NCBI GenBank assembly: GCA_035270785.1
Contig: DATESN010000071.1
Span: 137-64,136, forward strand
DNA: 64,000 bases
Origin: Lachnospiraceae bacterium
GTDB lineage: Bacteria > Bacillota > Clostridia > Lachnospirales > Lachnospiraceae
Direction: 5' to 3'
In this document: piece by piece, positions 28,269 through 38,276 of the stretch
Numbering within the stretch: the first letter of the stretch is position 1
Layout: each line of letters starts with the position of its first letter
Translations under genes and position numbers: made by a program
Notes under the pieces: generated by a model
The model's database searches: none
What the model saw: the letters and a program-made list of their open reading frames with translations, nothing else
What the model was told of the DNA's origin: nothing

Positions 28269-28310
28269 AAAAAGACCCCTATGGTTTTTAATAAACCTAT
28301 TCGGGGTTTC
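28268..28310 (-). terminator. Imperfect long hairpin plus T5 immediately downstream of the GH3 gene, abutting the ylmC start
   Basis: Minus strand AAACCCCGAATAGGTTTATTAAAAACCATAGGGGTC followed by TTTTT, then the ATG of ylmC. Confidence 0.45.
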
Positions 28311-28356
28311 TTCTTTTTATGCATAAATTTTATTTGTTCCTTACTTTCTCAATCTT

Positions 28357-30546
28357 TTATTTAGAAACTGTGTAATCTTCCTTTAACTCTATCTTTTCAC
28401 TTAGAATAATATTAGAAACGCAATTTCCTACAAGAATAGAGTATGTTCCTTTTTCTGCAAAGAAACAATCCTTTTCTTCATCAAAGTAAGTAAATGCACT
28501 AGCATCCAACGAAATAAGGACTGATTGTGTTTCACCTTCCTTTAAAAACACCTTATGGAAAGCCCGCAATTCCTTGTCTGGTCGTATTACACTATTATTA
28601 TGACTGTGAATATATACTTGAATCGTTTCAGCCCCTGGCATTTTTCCTGCGTTTGTAGCCTCCACACTAATTGTAATATTCACATTTTCAATATCTGAAT
28701 TATTAATAATCTTCAAATTCTTAATATCAAAACTTGTGTAAGACATACCATATCCAAACGAAAATAACGTTGGAACGTGATAGGTATCATAATAACGATA
28801 TCCTACAAATACACCTTCTCCATAGTTAACACTATCTCCCCCAGGGAATTCACCTAATGTGTGAGAAGGAACTGTTTCTATAGATATTGGCAGAGTCTCT
28901 GGCAACTTTCCTGATGGATTAACTTTACCAAATAAGATTTCTCCAAGGGCATGACCACCTTCCATACCTGCATACCAGGAGTAAACAAGTGTTTTAGCCT
29001 TATGAATCCACTGATTCATTCCAACCGGACTTCCTGTAAGCATAACAATCACGGTATTAGGATTTGCAATTAATAAATGATTAATTAATTCATCTTGGTT
29101 ATATGGTAATGTTAATTCTTCCCTATCTTTTCCCTCTGTATCATGTTCATGATTTAAACCACCTACATAAATAACTACATCTGCCTTCTTTGCAGCTTCT
29201 ACTGCTCTAACAGCCAATTCTTTATTCTTTGTTTCCATTTCCTCAGTAACTGTTCCGTGATAATTACTCTTATCAGCAGATTCCTCTAAACTTACCGCTT
29301 GCCAGCTTTCCTTTTCCTGATGTTCTTCATCCCAAATATTACCCGATGTATTCGCGTCATATCCCTGTTCATATGTGACTGTAACATTACCTCCTGCTTC
29401 CATGGCAATGCCTAGTAACGGGGTAATCTCATATAAAGCTTTTATTTCTGCACTTCCTCCACCTGTAGCCTGTGTACGATTTGCATTATCACCTACCACA
29501 AGAATCTTCATTCCTTTTTTTGTTTTTAAAGGTAAAAGATGATTATCATTCTTTAATAAAACTACAGATTCTCTGGCAACTTGAAGTAATTTTTCTCTAT
29601 CCAAAATATTATTATAAGAGCCTGGTTTTCTTTCGCCATCTAGCATATTAAGACGATTCATCACACTTAGAACTCTTCTTACCTTTTCATCTATTACAGA
29701 TTCTTCCACTTTACCTTCTTCAACAGCCAGCTTAAGGGCATTTGCCATAAAATAATGATCAAAATCATCTGTAACGCTCATTTCTATATCAAGACCATGA
29801 AATGCTGCCTCTAGCGTATCATGTACGCCGCCCCAATCAGATACTACAACACCATCAAATCCCCACTCTTCTCTTAATATTTTATTGAGCAGAAGATCAT
29901 TGTGACAACAGTGTTGACCTCTAAATTTATTATAAGCACCCATAATAGCTTTTGCTTCCCCTTTTTGTACAGCTGCTTTAAATCCAGGCAAATATAATTC
30001 ATGAAGTGCTCTATCCGATACTGTAACATCAACACTTAACCGTTTTGTTTCTTGGTTATTAACGGCAAAATGCTTCACACAGGAAGACACATCATTCTTT
30101 TCAATGCCTTTTATAAGTGGAACGACAAGTTCAGATACTAAATATGGATCTTCACCCATGTATTCAAAGTTACGTCCACACAATGGTGATCGCTGCAAAT
30201 TAATACCTGGGGCTAAAATCATATCTTTACCACGACCTCTAGCCTCTTTTCCTAATATGTTACCTGTTTCAAATGCTAGATTTATATTCCAAGTTGCTGC
30301 CAATGCAGTGTTACTAGGTAAATACGAAGTTTTATCATTGGTAAATCCCATTGGTAACCATTTTGTCTTTTCATAATCTTGTCGCACTCCCATTGGTCCA
30401 TCAGATGTGGTAAGTGCCGGAATCCCTAATCGTTCCACCGCTTTTGTACGAAACAATTCATTTCCATGTATCATATCTATTTTTTCTACTAACGTAAGTT
30501 CCTTTATTAACTCTTCTATTTTTTCTTTTGTCATCTTTTTCTCCAA
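28357..30546 (-). CDS. Glycoside hydrolase family 3 beta-glucosidase
   Basis: 729 aa. Carries GFDGVVVSDWGG (the catalytic Asp region) and a C-terminal FnIII-like domain. No signal peptide. Confidence 0.9.
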   Translation of the reverse strand: MEKKMTKEKIEELIKELTLVEKIDMIHGNELFRTKAVERLGIPALTTSDGPMGVRQDYEKTKWLPMGFTNDKTSYLPSNTALAATWNINLAFETGNILGKEARGRGKDMILAPGINLQRSPLCGRNFEYMGEDPYLVSELVVPLIKGIEKNDVSSCVKHFAVNNQETKRLSVDVTVSDRALHELYLPGFKAAVQKGEAKAIMGAYNKFRGQHCCHNDLLLNKILREEWGFDGVVVSDWGGVHDTLEAAFHGLDIEMSVTDDFDHYFMANALKLAVEEGKVEESVIDEKVRRVLSVMNRLNMLDGERKPGSYNNILDREKLLQVARESVVLLKNDNHLLPLKTKKGMKILVVGDNANRTQATGGGSAEIKALYEITPLLGIAMEAGGNVTVTYEQGYDANTSGNIWDEEHQEKESWQAVSLEESADKSNYHGTVTEEMETKNKELAVRAVEAAKKADVVIYVGGLNHEHDTEGKDREELTLPYNQDELINHLLIANPNTVIVMLTGSPVGMNQWIHKAKTLVYSWYAGMEGGHALGEILFGKVNPSGKLPETLPISIETVPSHTLGEFPGGDSVNYGEGVFVGYRYYDTYHVPTLFSFGYGMSYTSFDIKNLKIINNSDIENVNITISVEATNAGKMPGAETIQVYIHSHNNSVIRPDKELRAFHKVFLKEGETQSVLISLDASAFTYFDEEKDCFFAEKGTYSILVGNCVSNIILSEKIELKEDYTVSK

Positions 30547-30594
30547 GTCTAATGTATTTTAATTTACTGGTAATCGACCTATTTCCCAATTGTC

Positions 30595-30623
30595 AGTATA
30601 CCATTAAAAATCACGTAAAACAA
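30595..30623 (-). promoter_or_regulatory. Candidate sigma-A promoter for the GH3 gene
   Basis: Minus strand TTGTTT-17 nt-TATACT, about 45 nt upstream of the start codon. Confidence 0.3.
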
Positions 30624-30702
30624 CTGCAAACTAACCTAAAGTCTTCTTCAAAAAAGATTATATATATTCCATTTTTAAAGTAATAATAAATTGTCAGCAA
30701 AA

Positions 30703-31482
30703 TCAATTGTCAAGATAATGTTTCATAACTTTTAAAGCATTTTTTTCTAATCTTGACACTTGCGCTTGAGAAATTCCAATCATATCAGCCACTTCCATTT
30801 GTGTTTTTCCTTCAAAAAATCGAAGTGTAATAATTTCATACTCACGTTCATTTAACTTTTTCATTGCATCGCTAAGAGAGATATGTTCCACCCAAAACTC
30901 TTCCCTGTTTTTCTTATCACTGATTTGATCCATCACATAAAGGGTATCTCCCCCCTCTGTATACACTGGTTCATAAAGGCTCATTGGATTTTGAATGGCA
31001 TCCATCGCATAGACTATATCTTCTTTTGTAATTCCAATTTCCCTTGATATTTCTGCTATTGTTGGTTCTTTTTGATTTTGCTTTGTTAAGCTTTCCCTTG
31101 CATATATCGCTTTGTATGCAATATCTTTTAAAGAACGACTGACTCTAATACTGTTGTTATCCCTTAAAAAACGACGTATTTCTCCTATAATCATGGGAAC
31201 TGCATAAGTTGAAAACTTCACATTATGGCTCGTGTCGAAATTGTCAATTGCTTTTATCAAGCCAACACATCCAATTTGAAATAAATCGTCCACATTTTCA
31301 TTGCTAGAAGAAAAACGCTTTATTACACTTAATACTAGTCTAAGATTACCTTCTATATATTGTTCTCTAGCTACTTTATCACCGTTACTAATTCGCATGA
31401 ACAGAACTTCCTTCTCCTGGTTTTTCAAAAGGGGAAGTTTTGCCGTATTGACTCCACATATTTCAACTTTTCCTTGCATCAT
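30703..31482 (-). CDS. sigG: Sporulation sigma factor SigG
   Basis: MMQGKVEICGVNTAKLPLLKNQEKEVLF...GNLRLVLSVIKRF... is near-colinear with Bacillus SigG. Confidence 0.9.
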   Translation of the reverse strand: MMQGKVEICGVNTAKLPLLKNQEKEVLFMRISNGDKVAREQYIEGNLRLVLSVIKRFSSSNENVDDLFQIGCVGLIKAIDNFDTSHNVKFSTYAVPMIIGEIRRFLRDNNSIRVSRSLKDIAYKAIYARESLTKQNQKEPTIAEISREIGITKEDIVYAMDAIQNPMSLYEPVYTEGGDTLYVMDQISDKKNREEFWVEHISLSDAMKKLNEREYEIITLRFFEGKTQMEVADMIGISQAQVSRLEKNALKVMKHYLDN

Positions 31483-31570
31483 CTGTGTTTCCTCCTAGTT
31501 ATATTAAAGTACTTTTGTCTACTAGAATGATTCACAAATTAAGGAGTTATTATTCATCTTTAAAAAAATA

Positions 31571-32311
31571 CTACACGTCTTTTACCATTTCTTTTTTTAA
31601 CCTCTTCATAATCTTTTTCTCTAACCTTGAAATGTAAGATTGGGAAATACCCAAGAGTGTAGCAACTTCCTTCTGGGTCATTTCATCCCCTTCCTCCGTA
31701 TTTAATCCAAACCTAAGATTTACTATTGTTTTTTCCCGATCGGATAACTTTCCTATGGCTTTATTCAAAAGCTTTCTTTCAACCTCATTTTCAATATCAC
31801 GATAAATAACATCTTCCTCGGTTCCTAAAATATCAGAAAGTAATAATTCATTGCCATCCCAATCTACATTAAGGGGTTCATCAATGGAAACTTCCAATTT
31901 TGTTTTGTTATTTCTTCGTAGATACATTAATATCTCATTTTCTATGCAACGAGAAGCATAGGTTGCCAGCTTTATATTTTTGTCCGCTTTAAAGGTATTA
32001 ATTGCTTTTATTAATCCTATTGTTCCAATGGAAATCAAATCCTCAACACCCACTCCTGTATTATCAAACTTCTTAGCTATGTATACAACCAATCGTAAAT
32101 TATGTTCAATAAGGATTGATTTTGCTTCATCACAATAATCCGTCCCCAAGTCGTGAATTACTTTGTTTTCTCTTTCCGCATCTAGTGGTGGTGGTAACAC
32201 TTCCGCTCCACCTATATAATGAATATCTCCTTGCTTCGACATAAAAAAGCTCGGTTCTCTTCGAATCATACGAAATTGAACTTTCCCTGGTATTGCCACT
32301 TTAAAAATCAT
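31571..32311 (-). CDS. sigE: Sporulation sigma factor SigE (pro-sigma-E)
   Basis: [14 protein letters not shown] is the pro-sequence junction, followed by [13 protein letters not shown] and [10 protein letters not shown]. The preferred ATG is at 32311 (SD GGGAG). The track starts at 32341. Confidence 0.9.
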   Translation of the reverse strand: MIFKVAIPGKVQFRMIRREPSFFMSKQGDIHYIGGAEVLPPPLDAERENKVIHDLGTDYCDEAKSILIEHNLRLVVYIAKKFDNTGVGVEDLISIGTIGLIKAINTFKADKNIKLATYASRCIENEILMYLRRNNKTKLEVSIDEPLNVDWDGNELLLSDILGTEEDVIYRDIENEVERKLLNKAIGKLSDREKTIVNLRFGLNTEEGDEMTQKEVATLLGISQSYISRLEKKIMKRLKKEMVKDV

Positions 32312-32364
32312 GTAAACTCCCATCTGAGTGCTTTTGCACACACTAAAATTAAGTATAATTTATT

Positions 32365-33171
32365 TTATTCTTTCATCCATAATGGATGAAGTATCATTTG
32401 GTATTCATCTGAACTCGATAACCTTCCTTCATAAATACCTAATAATCCTTTACTAATTACAATACTTCTTTCTTCTTTAGTTATTATTATTTGTGTAACT
32501 TCATATCCCTCAAGGATTCCATGTTCCTTACCGATAGAGTGGAATGGTATGACTCTAAATCCATGCTGTCTCAACTCTTCCAAATAAACTTCCATCACCG
32601 ATTTATTAATGATAGAAACAGGTTTTTTACTAATCGGCTCCATTAAACTATTTCCTGTATCTAAAAGTGCCTTAACTTGTATCTTTTCTTGCCCAATATA
32701 GATAGTCGTTTGATATATGTTTTGACTACCATTTCCTTTTATCTTATTCATAACATATAGAAGAAAAAGGCAAAAAAAATAGCCGAAACTAACTAGGCCT
32801 AGTAACGTTAAACCATTTCTTCTAAAAAAAGGAATCTGAGACTTTAGCCATTCAAAAAACCCTCCGTACAAAAAAGTAAAAAAATATAAATATAGTGTTG
32901 CACTATAGAGTTTGCTAAATTCCTTTATTTTAAAGCAGATTTTAAGCATTACAATACCTACAAAACCATAGGCTATTATGATTCTCATTACCCCTGGAAT
33001 ACAAGTAAGTATAATACAAACGCATGCCATACTTGCTCCAAATGCTGCTCCTAGTAGATACCTCAAGTGCGTGGCAGTACACTTTGAAATCTTTCCCACT
33101 AAAAGAAGCAAAAAATAGTCCATTAGAAAGTTGCTTAAGAAAAAACTGTCGATATAAATATCGTAGTACAC
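32365..33171 (-). CDS. spoIIGA: Sigma-E processing peptidase SpoIIGA
   Basis: Five N-terminal TM helices and the aspartic protease motif ALLDTGNSL. Located upstream of sigE. GTG start with SD GGGGGTGA. Confidence 0.9.
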   Translation of the reverse strand: MYYDIYIDSFFLSNFLMDYFLLLLVGKISKCTATHLRYLLGAAFGASMACVCIILTCIPGVMRIIIAYGFVGIVMLKICFKIKEFSKLYSATLYLYFFTFLYGGFFEWLKSQIPFFRRNGLTLLGLVSFGYFFCLFLLYVMNKIKGNGSQNIYQTTIYIGQEKIQVKALLDTGNSLMEPISKKPVSIINKSVMEVYLEELRQHGFRVIPFHSIGKEHGILEGYEVTQIIITKEERSIVISKGLLGIYEGRLSSSDEYQMILHPLWMKE

Positions 33172-33253
33172 TGTTCACCCCCTATACCTTCCAATGAGAT
33201 TATTATAGATTTTATTGCTATTATTTTTTGTCACAATCAAGGGTATAATTCAT

Positions 33254-33305
33254 AAAATTTTATTACAGAAAACGACATGAAAATTTTATTACAGAAAACG
33301 ATATG
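33254..33305. repeat. 26-bp tandem duplication (2 copies, 25/26 identical) in the divergent spoIIGA/methyltransferase promoter region
   Basis: AAAATTTTATTACAGAAAACGACATG followed by AAAATTTTATTACAGAAAACGATATG. Confidence 0.9.
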
Positions 33306-33376
33306 CTATTATAATTATACTTTTTCTGATATAATAGTTTAAAAGTATAAATTCTAAAAAAAGGAAAATAAAACTC

Positions 33377-34849
33377 ATGAGACAATTACTTAACAATATA
33401 ATAATAGGTTCTGATGTTCGTCAAAGCCTCAGTTCACTCAGGCAAATGATAAAAGATAAAACAGCTCGTAACGATCTCATAGAATTAATCGAAGATCATG
33501 TAGATGATATGATAGTTTTACTTGATAATGAGGATTCTAAAACCCGAAAGAACACAGCTCTGCTCATGGGTGATTTAGGATTGTATGAATTTTTAGAACC
33601 TCTTTTTCAGGGATATGTAAGGGAAACACAGCTTTTTGTTAAAAGTGCATTCCTAACTGCAATGAAAAATTTTGATTATGATTCTTATGTTCCGGCCTTT
33701 AAAGATCGTTTGGAAAAGCTAGCTAATACAGAATTAACCATTGAAAATAAAAAACATACAGAAGAAGAAATGCGTGAACTTTCAGAACTAGTTATTTCTG
33801 TAGAAGGAATAACACCACACGAATTTATAGGTTATCACCATTACTATGATTGTATTCTTTTTACAAATCGCAAATATCCAGAAATCACAGGGGAGCAAGT
33901 AATCGATGGTAAGCTAAGTCCTTCCACATTTGGTGTTCGTGTTAGTACTAAAAACATAGAGTCTTTACTACCAATCCGAACTTACAATGAGATTCTATTT
34001 GTGATACCTGGAATGAAAACTTGTGAAATAGATGCCATGATTGCTGCAAAACATATTTCTTCCTCCAATCTTCTACAAATGCTTCAAAACAGTCATACTG
34101 GAACTGTCCCATTTTATTTCCGTGTAAATATAATAAGCAAGATGCCTTTAGATAAAAAAAGTGGTTTTGCTAAAAAATTGTCTAGTGAATTAGAACATTT
34201 AACAGAAAGGCAGTTAATTAATTCCACTTCTAACTATGAATTTGAAATACGTCTAATAGAAAATAAAAATGATTCCTTTACCATCTTAATTAAATTAAAT
34301 ACTATTATAGATGAACGATTTAGCTACAGAAAAGAACATATTGCATCCAGTATAAAACCCGTAAATGCAGCACTTCTTGTTGCTCTTGCAAAACCTTATA
34401 TGATAGAAGACGCTCGAATATTAGATCCATTTTGCGGTGTTGGTACCATGTTGATAGAGCGACAGAAGATCGTAAAAGGAAACACCTCCTATGGGATTGA
34501 TACTCTTGAAGATGCAATTATAAAAGCAAAGATAAATACAGAAGAAGCTGGTCAAATTATTCATTATATTAATAAAAGCTTTTTTGATTTCACACATGAT
34601 TATTTATTTGATGAGATCTTCACAAATATGCCTTTTGTAATAGGCCATAAAACGGAAGATGAAATTTATGAATTATATGATCGATTTTTCAATCGGGCAA
34701 AATCAATGATGAAAAGGGATGGTGTGATTATCTTGTATTCCCATAATCAAGAATACGTATGGCGTCTAACAAAAGAAAAAGGATATACCATAATCAAACA
34801 CTTTGAAGTCATGACTAGAGAGGACACTCATTTGTTTATTATTAAATAA
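33377..34849 (+). CDS. HEAT-repeat / THUMP-like / class I SAM-dependent methyltransferase (UPF0020-type putative RNA methylase)
   Basis: N-terminal HEAT-like DNEDSKTRKNTALLMGDLG. SAM motif I LDPFCGVGTMLIE and motif IV FTNMPF. 490 aa. Confidence 0.7.
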   Translation: MRQLLNNIIIGSDVRQSLSSLRQMIKDKTARNDLIELIEDHVDDMIVLLDNEDSKTRKNTALLMGDLGLYEFLEPLFQGYVRETQLFVKSAFLTAMKNFDYDSYVPAFKDRLEKLANTELTIENKKHTEEEMRELSELVISVEGITPHEFIGYHHYYDCILFTNRKYPEITGEQVIDGKLSPSTFGVRVSTKNIESLLPIRTYNEILFVIPGMKTCEIDAMIAAKHISSSNLLQMLQNSHTGTVPFYFRVNIISKMPLDKKSGFAKKLSSELEHLTERQLINSTSNYEFEIRLIENKNDSFTILIKLNTIIDERFSYRKEHIASSIKPVNAALLVALAKPYMIEDARILDPFCGVGTMLIERQKIVKGNTSYGIDTLEDAIIKAKINTEEAGQIIHYINKSFFDFTHDYLFDEIFTNMPFVIGHKTEDEIYELYDRFFNRAKSMMKRDGVIILYSHNQEYVWRLTKEKGYTIIKHFEVMTREDTHLFIIK

Positions 34850-34854
34850 AAAAA

Positions 34855-34880
34855 GTATCGTTTGAAATTTCAAACGATAC
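34855..34880. terminator. Bidirectional rho-independent terminator between the convergent methyltransferase gene and ftsZ
   Basis: Perfect 26-nt palindrome GTATCGTTTGAAATTTCAAACGATAC, flanked by A6 on one side and T6 on the other. Confidence 0.8.
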
Positions 34881-34898
34881 TTTTTTATTTATTTCTTA

Positions 34899-36047
34899 TT
34901 ATTTATTCCTTTGTAAAAATTCAGGAATCTTCAATGATTTTTCTTCAACATTGCTTCTAACATTGGTCGGTCTTTGAATTCCTTGCACTGACGGATTAAA
35001 GCTTGTCCCAGATAATCCCGCTTTTGGAATTACGCTTCCACCATTTTTATTTGGATAAGTAAAACCGCTTCCAAATTTGTTGATTGGTCCAGAAGAAGCT
35101 GATTCTAATCCGGTTGCAATAACAGTAATAGTACAAGTATCCATTTGTGAATCATCATACATAGCTCCAAAGATGATATTAACTTCATCCCCTGCTAATT
35201 CTTGTACATAACTTGCGGCTTCAGAAGCATCCGATAATGTGATATCGCCTGAAACATTAATGATAACATGAGTTGCTCCGGAAATAGTTGTTTCTAATAA
35301 TGGACTTTCAACTGCCATCTTAACAGCTTCACTTGCCTTATCATCACCTTTTCCAATACCAATACCAATATGTGCAATCCCTTTATCCTTCATAACAGTT
35401 TGTACATCTGCAAAATCTAAATTAATAACTGCAGGAACATTAATTAAATCTGTAATACCTTGAACTGCTTGTTGTAGAACCTCATCTGCCTTTTTTAGTG
35501 CATCAGGCATGGTTGTCCTACGATCAACAATTTCTAATAACTTATCATTTGGTATCACAATAAGTGTATCTACACTTTCTTTTAAACGTTCAATTCCACT
35601 CATTGCATTTTGCATGCGTGCTTTTGCTTCAAAACGGAAAGGCTTTGTAACAACCCCTACCGTGAGAATACCCATTTCTTTTGCCATCCTAGCAACAACC
35701 GGAGCTGCTCCTGTTCCAGTACCGCCACCCATACCGCAGGTTACAAATACCATATCTGCACCTTTTAATGCATTTTGTATTTCTTCAGAACTTTCTTCAG
35801 CAGCCTTTTCACCAATTTCCGGTTTTGCTCCTGCCCCAAGTCCTTTTGTTAATTTTTCACCTATTTGTAAAAGCTTTGGTGCCTTACATAATTGTAACGC
35901 TTGCTTATCGGTGTTCACACCAATAAAATCAACCCCATCAATATTTTCATCAATCATTCTATTTACAGCATTATTTCCTGCACCGCCCACACCAACCACT
36001 ATGATTTTAGCTGCAGATTCTGCATCGTTTGTTTTAATCTCAAGCAA
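34899..36047 (-). CDS. ftsZ: Cell division protein FtsZ
   Basis: [31 protein letters not shown] plus [14 protein letters not shown] start with a strong SD AGGAGGAA. Confidence 0.95.
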   Translation of the reverse strand: MLEIKTNDAESAAKIIVVGVGGAGNNAVNRMIDENIDGVDFIGVNTDKQALQLCKAPKLLQIGEKLTKGLGAGAKPEIGEKAAEESSEEIQNALKGADMVFVTCGMGGGTGTGAAPVVARMAKEMGILTVGVVTKPFRFEAKARMQNAMSGIERLKESVDTLIVIPNDKLLEIVDRRTTMPDALKKADEVLQQAVQGITDLINVPAVINLDFADVQTVMKDKGIAHIGIGIGKGDDKASEAVKMAVESPLLETTISGATHVIINVSGDITLSDASEAASYVQELAGDEVNIIFGAMYDDSQMDTCTITVIATGLESASSGPINKFGSGFTYPNKNGGSVIPKAGLSGTSFNPSVQGIQRPTNVRSNVEEKSLKIPEFLQRNK

Positions 36048-36166
36048 GGTAGTTCCTCCTTTATATCCCTCTTAAACTCCATATTCTTTATCATATAATT
36101 TTTCAGTGAATTTATCAACCTATTTTTTTAATTTACTCATTTTTTTAAGGCATTTAATGAATTTTA

Positions 36167-36883
36167 CTAATCTAATTCAAAGGTAATATTTTGATTGTCA
36201 TCCGTATAACTATCCATTCGTAAAATTCCACTCTTTTCCTCCAATTCCGGTAAAATGTATTGAAGTTTCACAACCTTTTCATGTATGTAATCATCAGATC
36301 CCAAACTCACTCTAACACTACCAAAATATAAGGTCATTTCATAAGTGGAGTTAAAATAAATTTTATCTGCTACTACCTTATATTTTCCTAATATTTGGGT
36401 AATATTTAAAATTCTATGAAACACATCTTTGTTTGTAATGGGAAGTTCCTTATAAAGAACAACATGTCCAAAATCTAATCCTGATACAAGAGGAATTCCT
36501 TCCGTTTTCATATTCGAGCTTTCTACTATGATACCATCTTTATCAAAATACATAAGTCTCCCCAAGTATTCTACATAGCCGGCTAATGCTTTTTCATAAA
36601 CCCTAATTTTAATAGTATCTGGAGACATAATCGTAACATCCATTGTTTCAATGAACGGAATATTGGTTACTTCCTTATTTTTATATTGATAGGATAGGTA
36701 AATGGAATTATGACCATATTTTCCTCCCATTACCATCTCCTGGATTTCTTCCTTTGAATAGTGTTTATTTCCCTCTACATAAACAGTAGATACGGTATAC
36801 ATTTTAAGTATAAAAAATACGGCAACACTTACACAAGCAAGTATCAATACTAATGCAATTATTATTTTTTTCTTCATACGCAT
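36167..36883 (-). CDS. ftsQ: Cell division protein FtsQ/DivIB (POTRA)
   Basis: N-terminal TM followed by V.TVYVEGNKHYSKEEI (POTRA). Positioned between murA and ftsZ. Confidence 0.8.
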   Translation of the reverse strand: MRMKKKIIIALVLILACVSVAVFFILKMYTVSTVYVEGNKHYSKEEIQEMVMGGKYGHNSIYLSYQYKNKEVTNIPFIETMDVTIMSPDTIKIRVYEKALAGYVEYLGRLMYFDKDGIIVESSNMKTEGIPLVSGLDFGHVVLYKELPITNKDVFHRILNITQILGKYKVVADKIYFNSTYEMTLYFGSVRVSLGSDDYIHEKVVKLQYILPELEEKSGILRMDSYTDDNQNITFELD

Positions 36884-36939
36884 TTACACCCATCTATGTA
36901 TTTTCCAACAAAAGAACGTTATCTTCCTTTATTTCAATT

Positions 36940-38202
36940 TCATGCCTCATTTGTTACGATCTTTGCACCTAAATTTCTTAAATCTTTTTCAATATTTTCA
37001 TACCCTCTGTCAATAAAATGCTTGTTATTTATAGTAGTGATCCCCTTTGCAGCCAAGCCCGCTAAAATAAGTGCAGCACCCCCTCTTAGTTCTTCCGCTA
37101 TCACATTTTTACCCTCTAGTTGATTAACACCTTCTATATAGGCCACGTTCCCATGAACAGTGATTTTAGCACCCATTAAATTCAATTCTTTCACAATTCT
37201 AAATCTATTTTCGAATATTGTTTCTTTAATTACACTAGTTCCATTAGAAACTGCTAGTGCAACTAGTAATGGAGATTGTAAGTCTGTTGGAAACCCTGGA
37301 TATATATCGGTCTCAAGATAAGGGATTGCCTTACCTCTTTTTGGAGCTGCTACCGTTAGTATTCCGCTATCTTCTTGGATAGTGGCTCCCATTTTTGAAA
37401 CTTCTAATAAAAAGGATTGCAAATGTGATATGGGTGCATCTTGTATCTGCAAAACTCCTCCTGTAGCCATACATGCCAGCACATACGTTCCAGCTACTAT
37501 TCTATCAGCGGGCACTTTATAAGTGGTCCCTTTTAATTGATTAACACCTTCAATTTGTAAGATATTAGAACCTATTCCTTCTATCATTGCCCCTGCATTT
37601 TTTAAAAAGAGACATAATGAATGAACTTCTGGTTCTCTGGCTGCATTCTTTATTATCGTAACTCCATCGGCTAATACCGAAGCCAAAATAATATTTTCAG
37701 TAACTCCAACGCTGGAAATTCGTAAGTTTATTACGGAACCCTGTGGCTTTTTCTTACTGCACTTTGCTATCACTCCTCCATCAAGCTCCTCAATGTCGCA
37801 CCCTAGCTGTTTCATGGAGTCCAGATGCATATCCACTGGTCTTTTCCCAATTACACATCCCCCAGGATAACACATTGTAGCCTCTCCTACTCGCCCTAAC
37901 AACGCACCCATAAGCACAATCGAAGACCTCATTCGAATCACATATTCTTCCGGTAATCTGCTTTCTTTAATATTCGTAGCATCTACAATGACTGTGCTGC
38001 CTTCCCAGCTAACGACAGCACCCATGCTATCTAATATTTTTATCATATTGAAAATATCTGAAATTCTAGGACAATTTTCAAGTACTGATATTCCCCTTAC
38101 CAAAACTGTAGCTGCAAGTAAGGGTAATGCAGCATTTTTAGATCCCTGCACCCTTACTTGACCAAAAAGCGGTTCTCCGCCATAAATATGAATAGAATCC
38201 AA
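36940..38202 (-). CDS. murA: UDP-N-acetylglucosamine 1-carboxyvinyltransferase
   Basis: IHIYGGEPLFGQVRVQGSKNAALPLLAA... and the active-site loop CYPGGCVIGKRPVD. TTG start with SD AAGGTGA. Confidence 0.9.
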   Translation of the reverse strand: MDSIHIYGGEPLFGQVRVQGSKNAALPLLAATVLVRGISVLENCPRISDIFNMIKILDSMGAVVSWEGSTVIVDATNIKESRLPEEYVIRMRSSIVLMGALLGRVGEATMCYPGGCVIGKRPVDMHLDSMKQLGCDIEELDGGVIAKCSKKKPQGSVINLRISSVGVTENIILASVLADGVTIIKNAAREPEVHSLCLFLKNAGAMIEGIGSNILQIEGVNQLKGTTYKVPADRIVAGTYVLACMATGGVLQIQDAPISHLQSFLLEVSKMGATIQEDSGILTVAAPKRGKAIPYLETDIYPGFPTDLQSPLLVALAVSNGTSVIKETIFENRFRIVKELNLMGAKITVHGNVAYIEGVNQLEGKNVIAEELRGGAALILAGLAAKGITTINNKHFIDRGYENIEKDLRNLGAKIVTNEA

Positions 38203-38276
38203 TTATTCACCTTCTAATAATTAATTATTCGACCTATTCTATTATATGGATTACGAACTACGATGTACCTTGTACT

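Noticed and set aside
31483-31570. SigF/SigG-type promoter in front of sigG (GAATA ... CATTCTA)
   Set aside because: The two elements are about 21 nt apart by my count, rather than the expected 17-18. I am not confident enough to annotate it.
32942-33178. 78-aa ORF overlapping the 5' part of spoIIGA in another frame
   Set aside because: It lies almost entirely (all but its first ~7 nt) inside spoIIGA on the same strand, with no independent SD. SpoIIGA TM helices are clearly encoded in the main frame.
35509-36075. 188-aa plus-strand ORF antisense to ftsZ
   Set aside because: It is a shadow ORF. ftsZ is rich in GGN/GCN/GTN codons, which keeps the antisense frame open. The product is low-complexity (PTP, SS, AP runs) with no SD, and the ftsZ call on the other strand is unambiguous.
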